This document shows, piece after piece, positions 55,921-64,000 of a stretch of 64,000 nucleotides of DNA (position 1 is its first letter; every line of letters begins with the position of its first letter). A program made the translations under genes and the position numbers. Below the pieces are notes generated by a model. That model had not been told where the DNA came from. It was given only the letters and a program-made list of their open reading frames with translations, and did not search any database. The DNA is from Paramoeba atlantica (lineage: Eukaryota > Protista > Discosea), in NCBI GenBank assembly GCA_977017575.1, contig CDRNVI010000047.1, forward strand, positions 186,001-250,000, read 5' to 3'.

Positions 55921-56664
55921 ATGTACACAACGCACGGGATTTATACCGCAGACAACTGTCCAGCATCCAAACGACGTAAACTACAACCGAGCTCGCCGGT
56001 AAAATCCAGTGGAGATCGGAATACCGGAACAGTGAAAAGAACGGGAGGAAAGACTCGGAATGTCCCCCTTCCACAAGAGTACGATCTCGCAAGATTTGTT
56101 CAAGATATTGAGGAACTTCCTTCTTCGTGGAGCACGGAAACCCCTGCGTGCGAATGGGAAGGTGTGACATGTTTCAAAAAAGTGGTTGCGCATGTCTATG
56201 CGCGACATTCACTCGAAGGCTTTCTTCAATGGGACTATTTCCCTCGTACGGTTAAGTGGGTGAACCTGTCGGACAACACATTGGAGGGAGAAATTGATTT
56301 CTGTACTCTTCCTCCCCCGCTCTATTTTTTTGATCTTCGATACAATTGCTTTTCTGGTAGAGTTGACTTAACCTCACTCCCACAAGAGATGCAAGAGTTG
56401 CACTTGTCCGACAATGAGTTTTCCGGGCCAATCGATTTGTCTCGTCTTCCGATTTCACTCGTAACGTTATCGTTAGATCAGAATGAGTTTAGTGGTGAAG
56501 TGGATTTGAGTAATATAGAGGATACTGGACTTGCAATGTTATATCTGAATGAAAATGCAGAGCTGCGAGGTGAACTTGATGCAGAAAAAATGCGGGAACG
56601 TTTCGATGATGTTATGTGGTGTGGAACGCAGATACGTGAGTTGCAAATCAATGAGGTGAACTGA
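55921..56664 (+). CDS. LRR family protein 7
   Basis: PASKRRK, GKTRNVPLPQEYDLARFV leader and CEWEGVTC cap; an upstream in-frame ATG at 55825 is an alternative start. Confidence 0.85.
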   Translation: MYTTHGIYTADNCPASKRRKLQPSSPVKSSGDRNTGTVKRTGGKTRNVPLPQEYDLARFVQDIEELPSSWSTETPACEWEGVTCFKKVVAHVYARHSLEGFLQWDYFPRTVKWVNLSDNTLEGEIDFCTLPPPLYFFDLRYNCFSGRVDLTSLPQEMQELHLSDNEFSGPIDLSRLPISLVTLSLDQNEFSGEVDLSNIEDTGLAMLYLNENAELRGELDAEKMRERFDDVMWCGTQIRELQINEVN

Positions 56665-56894
56665 TCGCATCATTAGTGGTACAGTGCACACAATTACTAG
56701 TCCCCCTCCTGTAATTTGTAAAAAAAAGAATTAGCAATTTTTTAATTAGTAAATAGGACTTCTTTTTTAATTCTTCCGATATTCTATAATTATAATTAGT
56801 AAAAGTTTTTCCTAAAAAATCAGCCTTTTTCACCGATGCCGCTATTCGGGCGTACGCAGAGTGATTGGTAAAATCAACCTTTTTCACCGATACA

Positions 56895-58640
56895 ATGGCG
56901 TAAACTACACTCTGTCGTCGTCTTAGATTTATTCTCTACTTACATTCTACGTCCTCTTTGCATCACGTGTGTAATTCTGTTCGTACTGCGGACGTTTCAG
57001 AAATACAGGTCGCTTCACGCACACGTACGGCAAGGGTGAGCGCCTCGAACCTTCCTCAAGAATATGAACTTACAGGGGTGCGAATCTAAAGGTGGGGAGG
57101 GGGTCTAAAATTCGTAAAAGTTGTCCAATTTTGGAAAATAATAGCGCATTGGATAGCTCTCACAGAGTTGTATGTTTTAGGATAGGTAGCTTCCGGGGTT
57201 TGGGGGGTACCCCCCTTTCATGTAAGGGTCAAAAATCACATATTGCAATACTTTAGTGGTGTCAATAATTTCTGTAATTTGGATTGCAAAAGACGATTAG
57301 TAACCACAGTGCCCCCCGTTCCGACTAATAACAATTTTACAACGCTTCCTGAAACTCTTCAACGTTTTCTGAACCGTTGCAGAGTGAGTCTGTTTCAATT
57401 TAAGGAAAGACCCCTCAATAGCGGCTTCCAGTTGCTGTCGATTTCGGTGTCGAAGAAGATTTTTGTCTGTGTCCATCACAGACCAGAAGACCGCTCCAGC
57501 TCTCTACGCCGTAAACAAGGTCATACCCCTCGTCGACAAGCTTAAGAGCCACATCCAGGAACGCAGGGGTAACCACCGTCGAGACACGCTCTCGGGATGC
57601 CGTTAACACGTCACCCGTAAGGGTAAAACGTTCAACCCAACGTTTTACAGTGTTCTCATGAACACCAAAGTGCTGTGCCGTAGCGGAGTACGATCCTGTG
57701 CGCTCGTATTCCGCCACCAAAAGCATGCGGTGGCTCTCTTTGACGGGGGCGGGGGAAGAATACGATCTATCGCTCAGTACTCCACGGGAAGTCCTCGAGC
57801 GAGCGCCCTTTTGGGGCATTTTCTAGTAAAAAATGTATTTTCTGCAAGGGAAAAAAGCGAAATATGGTATCAAAAAATATGTACGTTAAAATCGCAGGAT
57901 TTTAATGCGCCTAAAACATACAACTCTGTGAGAGCTACCCAATGCGCTATTATTTTCCAAAATTGGACAACTTTTACGAATTTTATACCCCCCCCCCACC
58001 TTTAAACCCGCACCCCTGTATGTTACTCATTGCCGATGTAGAAACAAAGCACCGCTCACGGAGTACGGACTTCTCGGCGTGCCAGTGGAAGGGTGTGGAA
58101 TGTAACAAATGTGGGGACATCCAAAAAATACAATGGGAGGGTATACAAGCGTCAGGCTCACTGCGTTTTGGTCATCTTTCTCGGACTCTTAAATCTTTTT
58201 TTTTTTCAAAACTCTCTTTCAGGTGAAGTGCCTCTAGATATTCTCCCGCTTAATCTTTTAACTTTTATCGTAAACTTCAACAGGTTTAGCGGGACCTTGA
58301 ATCTTACGTCTCTTCCGGTTAATTTACAATGGCTAGCTCTGAACAACAATAAATTTACCGGAGAAGTTTGTCTGACAAAGCTTCCAGATAATCTTTTCGG
58401 GCTATACCTCAGCAATAATCATTTATCGGGTCAAGTGTGTTTGACCAAACTACCAAAGACAATGAAATATATTGCCCTGGATCACAACTTATTCTCGGGA
58501 AATGTAGCTTTTGATTCTCTTTCTCCACTTTTACGATCACTACGGTTGTCGCACAACAAAGATCTATGCGGTGAAATATACCAAGAATTTTTACCAGAGC
58601 ATTTGCGTAAATTAAGTTTCTGTACAGTACAGTTTCTGTA
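56895..58640 (+). pseudogene. LRR family protein 8, interrupted by a Tc1-derived element and frameshifted
   Basis: Removing 57073-58018 and one TA restores ARVSASNLPQEYELMLLIADVE..CQWKGVEC. There is a frameshift in the T-run at ~58197-58206, and the 3' end runs into the SL-linked repeat. Confidence 0.8.
57073..58018 (-). mobile_element. Internally deleted Tc1 element of the CAGGGG/DD32E family
   Basis: ~110-bp TIRs with TA TSD. The N-terminal HTH (MLLVAEYERTG..VHENTVKRW) and C-terminal tail (SFRKRCKIVISRNGGHCGY) are homologous to 37606-38740; the catalytic core is absent. Confidence 0.85.
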
Positions 58641-59194
58641 CCTTGTTGGTACTTTTTCCTTAGTTCATCCTTTCTTTCCCCGGCAACGGGCATACTCTTA
58701 CTGTATTTTCATGCCCGTTGCCGGCCGGCACTAAGGTCGGAACTGTCCCTCTTGTCGCTGAAGCAGGGGACGCGCTTTCACCACTTCACCCCTCCCCGAC
58801 TCACTCCCCTGGAGTGAGTGTGCTTCCCCCTCTCGGCTTTTTTTCGACTTGTCTTTTTCCTCTCCGAGAGGGTCATGCGTCACGGTGGCCTCCCTTGAGG
58901 ACCACTAGACGTGTCCTCCGCCGACGAGACTCGGCTCTCTGCACCTGGCGGTCGCCCAGCTCTCCGCACCTCGGCTCTGTCGCAGCTCTCTGCACCCGGA
59001 TTGCCCCCGAAACTGTAATATGGGGATTACGCATCCGGCTCTCTGCACCTGCACATGACAACCGAGCTCTCTGCACCTGGGACGCCAGCTCTCCGCACCC
59101 GCACACCTCCGGCGAGGACGAAACCTCACATGATCCACCCGTCGTATGCGGGATAAGGACATGGTGAGCAAATCTCTGCACTATAAGTGCATGA
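58630..59194 (+). repeat. Spliced-leader-linked ~560-bp repeat, copy 2
   Basis: Begins CAGTTTCTGTACCTTGTTG|GTA (17/19 to the SL consensus CAGTTTCTGTACTTTATTG, plus the GTA donor); hairpin at 58680-58724; reverse complement of 11361-11912. Confidence 0.8.
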
Positions 59195-59726
59195 TAAAAC
59201 CTAGTAGCGGCAAAAAAGTTGTAGAAATTGAAGAGACTAAGATAATATTTAAAACTGCGTAATAATAACTCCGTTTTTTTCACCAAAACGAATTGGTTGG
59301 TGCCGTCGACTTGAAGCTACGAATTGGTTTGTAATTGCAGAACGTAACTGTAAAGCAATCAAATGTAATGGATACAACTGTAAAATATCCTTTGATCATC
59401 TAGCTTTCTCTTTGAGGGGGGCATGTTAAGTTGGACTGGTGTATTGTTTTCCCATATTTTCTCTTGATGGCAACAATGCTGGATATTTCATGTGACAAAA
59501 CATATTTTGAGGAAATGTCTAGCGAACTATACTCCCTATCCTAGCGTTGCTTTTTACTAGAATCGGATAACGCTAGGAGAGGTGAAAGTATGTGAGCTAA
59601 GAATACGAAAAGGAAAAGTAGACAGTCGCCTTTGTCTTCCGAAATCTACTTTTATTTTGATCGAAAATAGGCACTCCTGGGAATCTTATCCGCAAATGCT
59701 ATCTTCAAGTAAAATTAATCTTTAAT

Positions 59727-60371
59727 ATGTACAGTGTTATAATGGATTGTACGTCGAAATGGCCACATTTTTCTTCTCATCCTGGAAAATTTAAGTTTTC
59801 CGACTCAACGGGTGAGAATCGAAAGGCTGGAAAAGTAAGAGGTGTGCTATTACCCCAAGAGTATGATCTTGAGCGTTTGGTAAGTAACATAGTGAATCCA
59901 CTTCCCTCTTGGAATACATCTGTACCTGCGAATAAGTGGGAAGGGGTCGAATGTTCTGACGAAGGGGCAATTCTATCGTTCGAAGTGGAGAATGAAAAAC
60001 TGGTTGGCAGTTTTCGTTGGAGTACTCTTCCAAGGTCATTAACCCGATTCTCAGTGTATAAAAATAGACTTAGTGGGGAACTCGATCTCGTAGACCTTCC
60101 ACCACTTTTATTTTCTTTTGACGCGTCGTTCAATCAATTTACGGGTAGTATTGATATTTGTCATCTTCCTTCGACATTAACTTCGCTGATAGTGTCGGCG
60201 AATAACTTACGTGGTCATGTAACGTTTACCAATCTGCCTTCTGGAATGAAATACCTACCGCTCCGTAGCAACGCCAAACTTACAGGGACCCTACATGAGC
60301 ACATGCTACCGGCAGGCCTTTTGTACAAGGCCTTTCAAGAGACTGAAATTGAAATTGTATCACTAACTTAA
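59727..60371 (+). CDS. LRR family protein 9
   Basis: GKVRGVLLPQEYDLERLV leader; close paralogue of 36313-36978. Confidence 0.85.
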   Translation: MYSVIMDCTSKWPHFSSHPGKFKFSDSTGENRKAGKVRGVLLPQEYDLERLVSNIVNPLPSWNTSVPANKWEGVECSDEGAILSFEVENEKLVGSFRWSTLPRSLTRFSVYKNRLSGELDLVDLPPLLFSFDASFNQFTGSIDICHLPSTLTSLIVSANNLRGHVTFTNLPSGMKYLPLRSNAKLTGTLHEHMLPAGLLYKAFQETEIEIVSLT

Positions 60372-60487
60372 ACCCCCTTCACACTATTATTTACAACCCC
60401 GTTCTGGCTATTTTGCAGCCGTATTCTACTGATTCGTTGTCGATTTATCGCTGAAAAAATGTTGTAAATGCATCAATTAGTGTGAAT

Positions 60488-60584
60488 CCTTCGTCGTTAA
60501 ACGCGGCGGTAGTTTTCAACGCGAAGATCGCAGCATGAGTGACTTTTAAGTTGAAAACAACCACCACATTTAACGAAGAGACTA
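60488..60584 (-). repeat. Solo, diverged Rep-A 5' hairpin
   Basis: CGTTAAACGCGGCGGTAGTTTTCAAC-GCGAAG..ATGAGTGACTTTTAA-GTTGAAAACAACCACC..TTTAACGAAG. Confidence 0.75.
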
Positions 60585-60730
60585 AAATTAAAAATACACT
60601 AATTTTTACGAGCACTGCACAAGAACACATATTGAAAGAATCTTTGAAACTTCTCTCTATTGGTAAGAATTATCGCTCAGCACCTACCTCTTTCTTTTTC
60701 GTTCCTAAAACACTACCCTATATTTCAGCC

Positions 60731-62170
60731 ATGACAAGCGTGGTCCCACGCAGGGAGAAATCTGTCTCCTTCTTTTCTCCTTATGACAGCCGCAAGCTCT
60801 CCTCCTTTCCTCCTTCCACCGACTCCCTTTCGGCGGATCTCAACCTACCCTCTCACTTCGCGCCTCCCTCCCCTCGAGAGCGACCACCTCCCAGTCCCTG
60901 TAATCGACCCACATCCTTCACTTCCCCCTCCCCATATCGTACAACATCCATGCCACGCGCTACACCGCATCAGAACCTACCCCACGCCTGGAGTGGGATA
61001 TCCACTCAGAGCGGTCGACCGGACGGCACACCCCGCCGGCACGGCCCCTTACCCCACGCCACCCCCACACTCCACACAGACGTGTTCTTCCTTCACCGCT
61101 ATCTCACCCAATCCTCCGTGCCGAATCCCACCTCCTCCTCTGCCCCCTCCCCCCATTCCCACAACCCCATACCCCTCTCCCCCCGTACCACGGCCTCACG
61201 TCCTACTCTCCCCGAGCCCTCTGCCCCCCGGCCCTTCCCCGCAGCCCCATCCCTGTCCCGACCTCGTGCCCCCTCGTCGTTGTTTCCTCCTCGACCCTCG
61301 GAGTCGCGTACCACACCCTCTGCTGCTCCCTCGTTATCCTCCTCCTCCTTATTCTCTCTACCCCGTGCTCCCTCTCTCCTACGTGAGTCCTCCAGCAGCA
61401 CCTCCACATCCCAAGCCCACCTCTCTCTCCCCACACTCTCCGAGCCGCGAGTCCGAGCCCCCAGTCGTCGTCCTCTTCCACAACCCCCGCAAGACGTCTC
61501 CCCCTCCCCCACGATGGATTACAAATCCATGGGGCCGGCTCCACGAGCCACACCCAACCCCTCCGCCTCCACCGCTCGTGAGCGTGGGGCTCGAGGAGGG
61601 TCGATGGCACCGGGGCCATGGGGTTCTTCTTCTTCTTTTTTAAATTCGTCTTCTTCTTCTTCTCTCTTCCCCAATGCCCCTACCCCGTATGAACGAAACC
61701 GGCTGCCCCCTCCCTCCCTGTCACAGCCTCGTTTGACTTCCTCAGTTCAACCCGCCCCCTCGTTGTTTCCCCCTTCCGGGAAACCATTAGAGGGTTGTGG
61801 GGAAACCAACGAGCAGGCCCGTGACAGGGGGGTGAGTGCGGGGAGAAGAAGAGAGGGCACCGCCCCCGTATGGGGGTTACCAGGGGGGAGAGGGAGAGGG
61901 GAGAATGCCACGAGTCAGGGTGTCGCCTCGAAGAGGGGACAACCGTGGTATGAAAACCCCCCCTCGCAGCGAGACGGGGTTGGTCGGAGACAGGACCAGC
62001 ACGGGGGGGAGTTTGCGACCCCGGCGGAGAGGTGGGGAGAGGAAACGGAATCCGCCGTGGGGGGTAAGGGCTTGGCCACGGATTCGACGTCGTTAAAAGT
62101 GGCACGTGTGTTGGGGAGTTATGGAAAGTCTATTTTGTTGGGTTTACTTGGGATTCCGCAGAACGGGTGA
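60731..62170 (+). CDS. Hypothetical Ser/Pro-rich low-complexity protein
   Basis: Long open frame. Likely start MTSVVP at 60731 just after TTTCAG; the upstream part of the tracked ORF overlaps a repeat. No recognisable domain. Confidence 0.55.
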   Translation: MTSVVPRREKSVSFFSPYDSRKLSSFPPSTDSLSADLNLPSHFAPPSPRERPPPSPCNRPTSFTSPSPYRTTSMPRATPHQNLPHAWSGISTQSGRPDGTPRRHGPLPHATPTLHTDVFFLHRYLTQSSVPNPTSSSAPSPHSHNPIPLSPRTTASRPTLPEPSAPRPFPAAPSLSRPRAPSSLFPPRPSESRTTPSAAPSLSSSSLFSLPRAPSLLRESSSSTSTSQAHLSLPTLSEPRVRAPSRRPLPQPPQDVSPSPTMDYKSMGPAPRATPNPSASTARERGARGGSMAPGPWGSSSSFLNSSSSSSLFPNAPTPYERNRLPPPSLSQPRLTSSVQPAPSLFPPSGKPLEGCGETNEQARDRGVSAGRRREGTAPVWGLPGGRGRGENATSQGVASKRGQPWYENPPSQRDGVGRRQDQHGGEFATPAERWGEETESAVGGKGLATDSTSLKVARVLGSYGKSILLGLLGIPQNG

Positions 62171-62390
62171 GTGGTTCACAGAGTGTGTATTTTTGGTGAA
62201 TGGGTAAAACTATTGAATGTCAATAACACGAGAGGTGGGAGGGGGTTCAGACGTTGAGAAAGGGTATCGTATAATTTCAAAGTAGATCTCAGTGTGCGAG
62301 GGCGTACACTGTGCGTTTTGCGTATCTAAAACTTTAAGCTCTTTTGATAAAAATATTCCTTTTGTACTCCGTTCAAGATTGATCGCACTC

Positions 62391-63233
62391 ATGCAAACAA
62401 ACGTCATGTCTTCGACTCCTGCTTCAGATTCAACAGGAGGGACACGGTTGCGAAAGGTCCATCTAACTCTTCTACCCCCTGAAATGGAACTTGATCGTTT
62501 TCTATCACGCACAACTGGACGTCATCACAGTTGGAGCACTGAAAATGACGCTTGCAAATTGTGGGATGGCGTGAAATGTGAGGATCAAAAAGTTGTAGAG
62601 CTTAGCTGGACTTCTTTTGGACTATCCGGTAGTGTGGAGTGGAGGTTTCTTCCTCGCACTGTGCGACACGTCGATCTTGGACGCTTATATGACGTGTCCA
62701 ACAAACTGACAGGACGCATTCAGACCTGTGATCTCCCTGATTCTCTAGAGTGCCTTATCGTTGATCGAAACAGTTTTTGTGGTGAACTCGAAACTCAGAC
62801 ATTCCCGTCGGCGATGCGGAATTTTGAAGCCCGTGAAAATTGTCTCGAAGGCAGTGTAGATCTGACGGCACTTCCTTGCGGTCAGTCAACGCTTGACTTG
62901 AACAACAATGATTTAAGTGGTCGCATTTTCTTGGACTCGTTGCCACCTCAGCTTCGCTACCTGTACCTGTCCCATAATAGATTGAGCGGTGAGGTAAACT
63001 TAACCACGCTACCAGAGATGCTTCTGGAACTTACGGCAACCGGTAATCTACTTATTGGAGATCTGGATCTCTCACGTTTGCCCCAGAGCTTAAGGTTGTT
63101 ACATCTCAGTGGAAACAAATTTGATGGGACGCTAAATTGCCGGAATCTACCCGAAAAAGCCCAGATATATGTAAGAACAATGAATATTCGATCCTCCGAG
63201 CCTGACCCCTTACCACCACGAGTAAACGTATGA
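62391..63233 (+). CDS. LRR family protein 10
   Basis: RKVHLTLLPPEMELDRFL leader, WDGVKC cap and LRRs. Confidence 0.85.
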   Translation: MQTNVMSSTPASDSTGGTRLRKVHLTLLPPEMELDRFLSRTTGRHHSWSTENDACKLWDGVKCEDQKVVELSWTSFGLSGSVEWRFLPRTVRHVDLGRLYDVSNKLTGRIQTCDLPDSLECLIVDRNSFCGELETQTFPSAMRNFEARENCLEGSVDLTALPCGQSTLDLNNNDLSGRIFLDSLPPQLRYLYLSHNRLSGEVNLTTLPEMLLELTATGNLLIGDLDLSRLPQSLRLLHLSGNKFDGTLNCRNLPEKAQIYVRTMNIRSSEPDPLPPRVNV

Positions 63234-63451
63234 AAACTAATCCAACAAATTTCAATTAAATGAACATGTTCACTAGCTTTAAATGAAGTATCAAACAGTG
63301 CTTGTACAGTAGCTTGTATATGAGCTTAGACATTTTTATTCAAAGAAACGCGTAAATGTGCATCTACAGGGTTGGTACGGAATTTATGAACAATTCTCGA
63401 ATCATAATCTTTCTTAAATCTTTTTTTAAGTGCTCTATACCTGATTACCCG

Positions 63452-63763
63452 ATGCCCCGCCCTGATTATTTCCAACTAGACCACACACAACGTGAGCAAG
63501 CCAGACAGCTTATTGCGAAACTTCAGCCAAAGATACAATACAGTGAGAAGTACTATGACGACACGCATGAGTACCGACACGTCATTTTGCCCCGGGATTT
63601 AGGAAAACTAGTCCCAAAACGTTTGATGTCGGATCCAGAGTGGCGACAACTTGGGGTGCAGCAATCTCTTGGATGGGAACATTATATGATACATAAACCT
63701 GAGCCGCATATTTTACTCTTTCGACGAGCCAAAGGGTATCAGCCCCCGACTGCAACACGGTAG
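63452..63763 (+). CDS. CKS1: Cyclin-dependent kinase regulatory subunit
   Basis: [49 protein letters not shown]. The N-terminal DYFQLD..LIAKLQ extension resembles kinetoplastid p12cks1. Confidence 0.95.
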   Translation: MPRPDYFQLDHTQREQARQLIAKLQPKIQYSEKYYDDTHEYRHVILPRDLGKLVPKRLMSDPEWRQLGVQQSLGWEHYMIHKPEPHILLFRRAKGYQPPTATR

Positions 63764-64000
63764 ATATAGCAAATGATGCGTCGTGCACTTTTTCTATGAG
63801 TAAAAGGAGATGAAAAATATCACACCTCTGTATTGAATACTCTCGATGTCCTCACTCTACCTTGTTGATCACACGACGACGCATTTGGTTGTGTATAATT
63901 GGCAATATCACTTCTTATCACATGATATTTTGGAAAACGGGTATAAATTACACAATGCCACTTTTATTTAAACTTACTTGACGTTCCTACCCGTTTTAGC

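Noticed and set aside
34945-56903. In-frame TAA at Gln-like positions (34945, 50374, 56901) and TGA at Leu-like positions (24627, ~10760) suggesting stop-codon reassignment
   Set aside because: Conserved genes (RPA2, DAP3, HGH1-like) end at TAA, and more than 10 kb of core coding sequence has no internal stops. Single-base nonsense mutations in decaying genes explain these cases.

Overview
Eukaryotic, intron-free genomic window, most consistent with a kinetoplastid (possibly a Perkinsela-like or other free-living lineage; this is inference). All recognisable host genes lie on the + strand, as in a polycistronic unit: WDR6/Trm734-like, DAP3/mS29, HGH1-like, FHA-parvulin, RNA Pol I RPA2, DED1-like DEAD helicase, a Cys-rich secreted protein, a Ser/Pro-rich protein and kinetoplastid-type CKS1. 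Ten dispersed paralogues of an LRR family are interleaved with them (7 intact, 3 pseudogenes). Roughly 40% of the window (hand estimate) is nested DNA-transposon material: Tc1/mariner DD35E and DD32E, pogo-like, Merlin, hAT, many TA-flanked MITEs, a 5-kb element with a probable 8-bp TSD and an unclassified DUF6729-like DDE protein, and a hairpin-capped, TSD-less repeat ('Rep-A') that acts as an insertion hotspot. The most notable signals are: (1) GC-rich islands inside core genes where the coding strand flips from C-rich to G-rich even at synonymous sites; (2) a dispersed ~560-bp repeat that begins with the 3' half of the kinetoplastid spliced leader; (3) the 5-kb unclassified transposon; (4) the Helentron-like Rep-A; (5) the LRR family with a conserved N-terminal leader motif. 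All family assignments come from motifs recognised by eye; no database searches were run.
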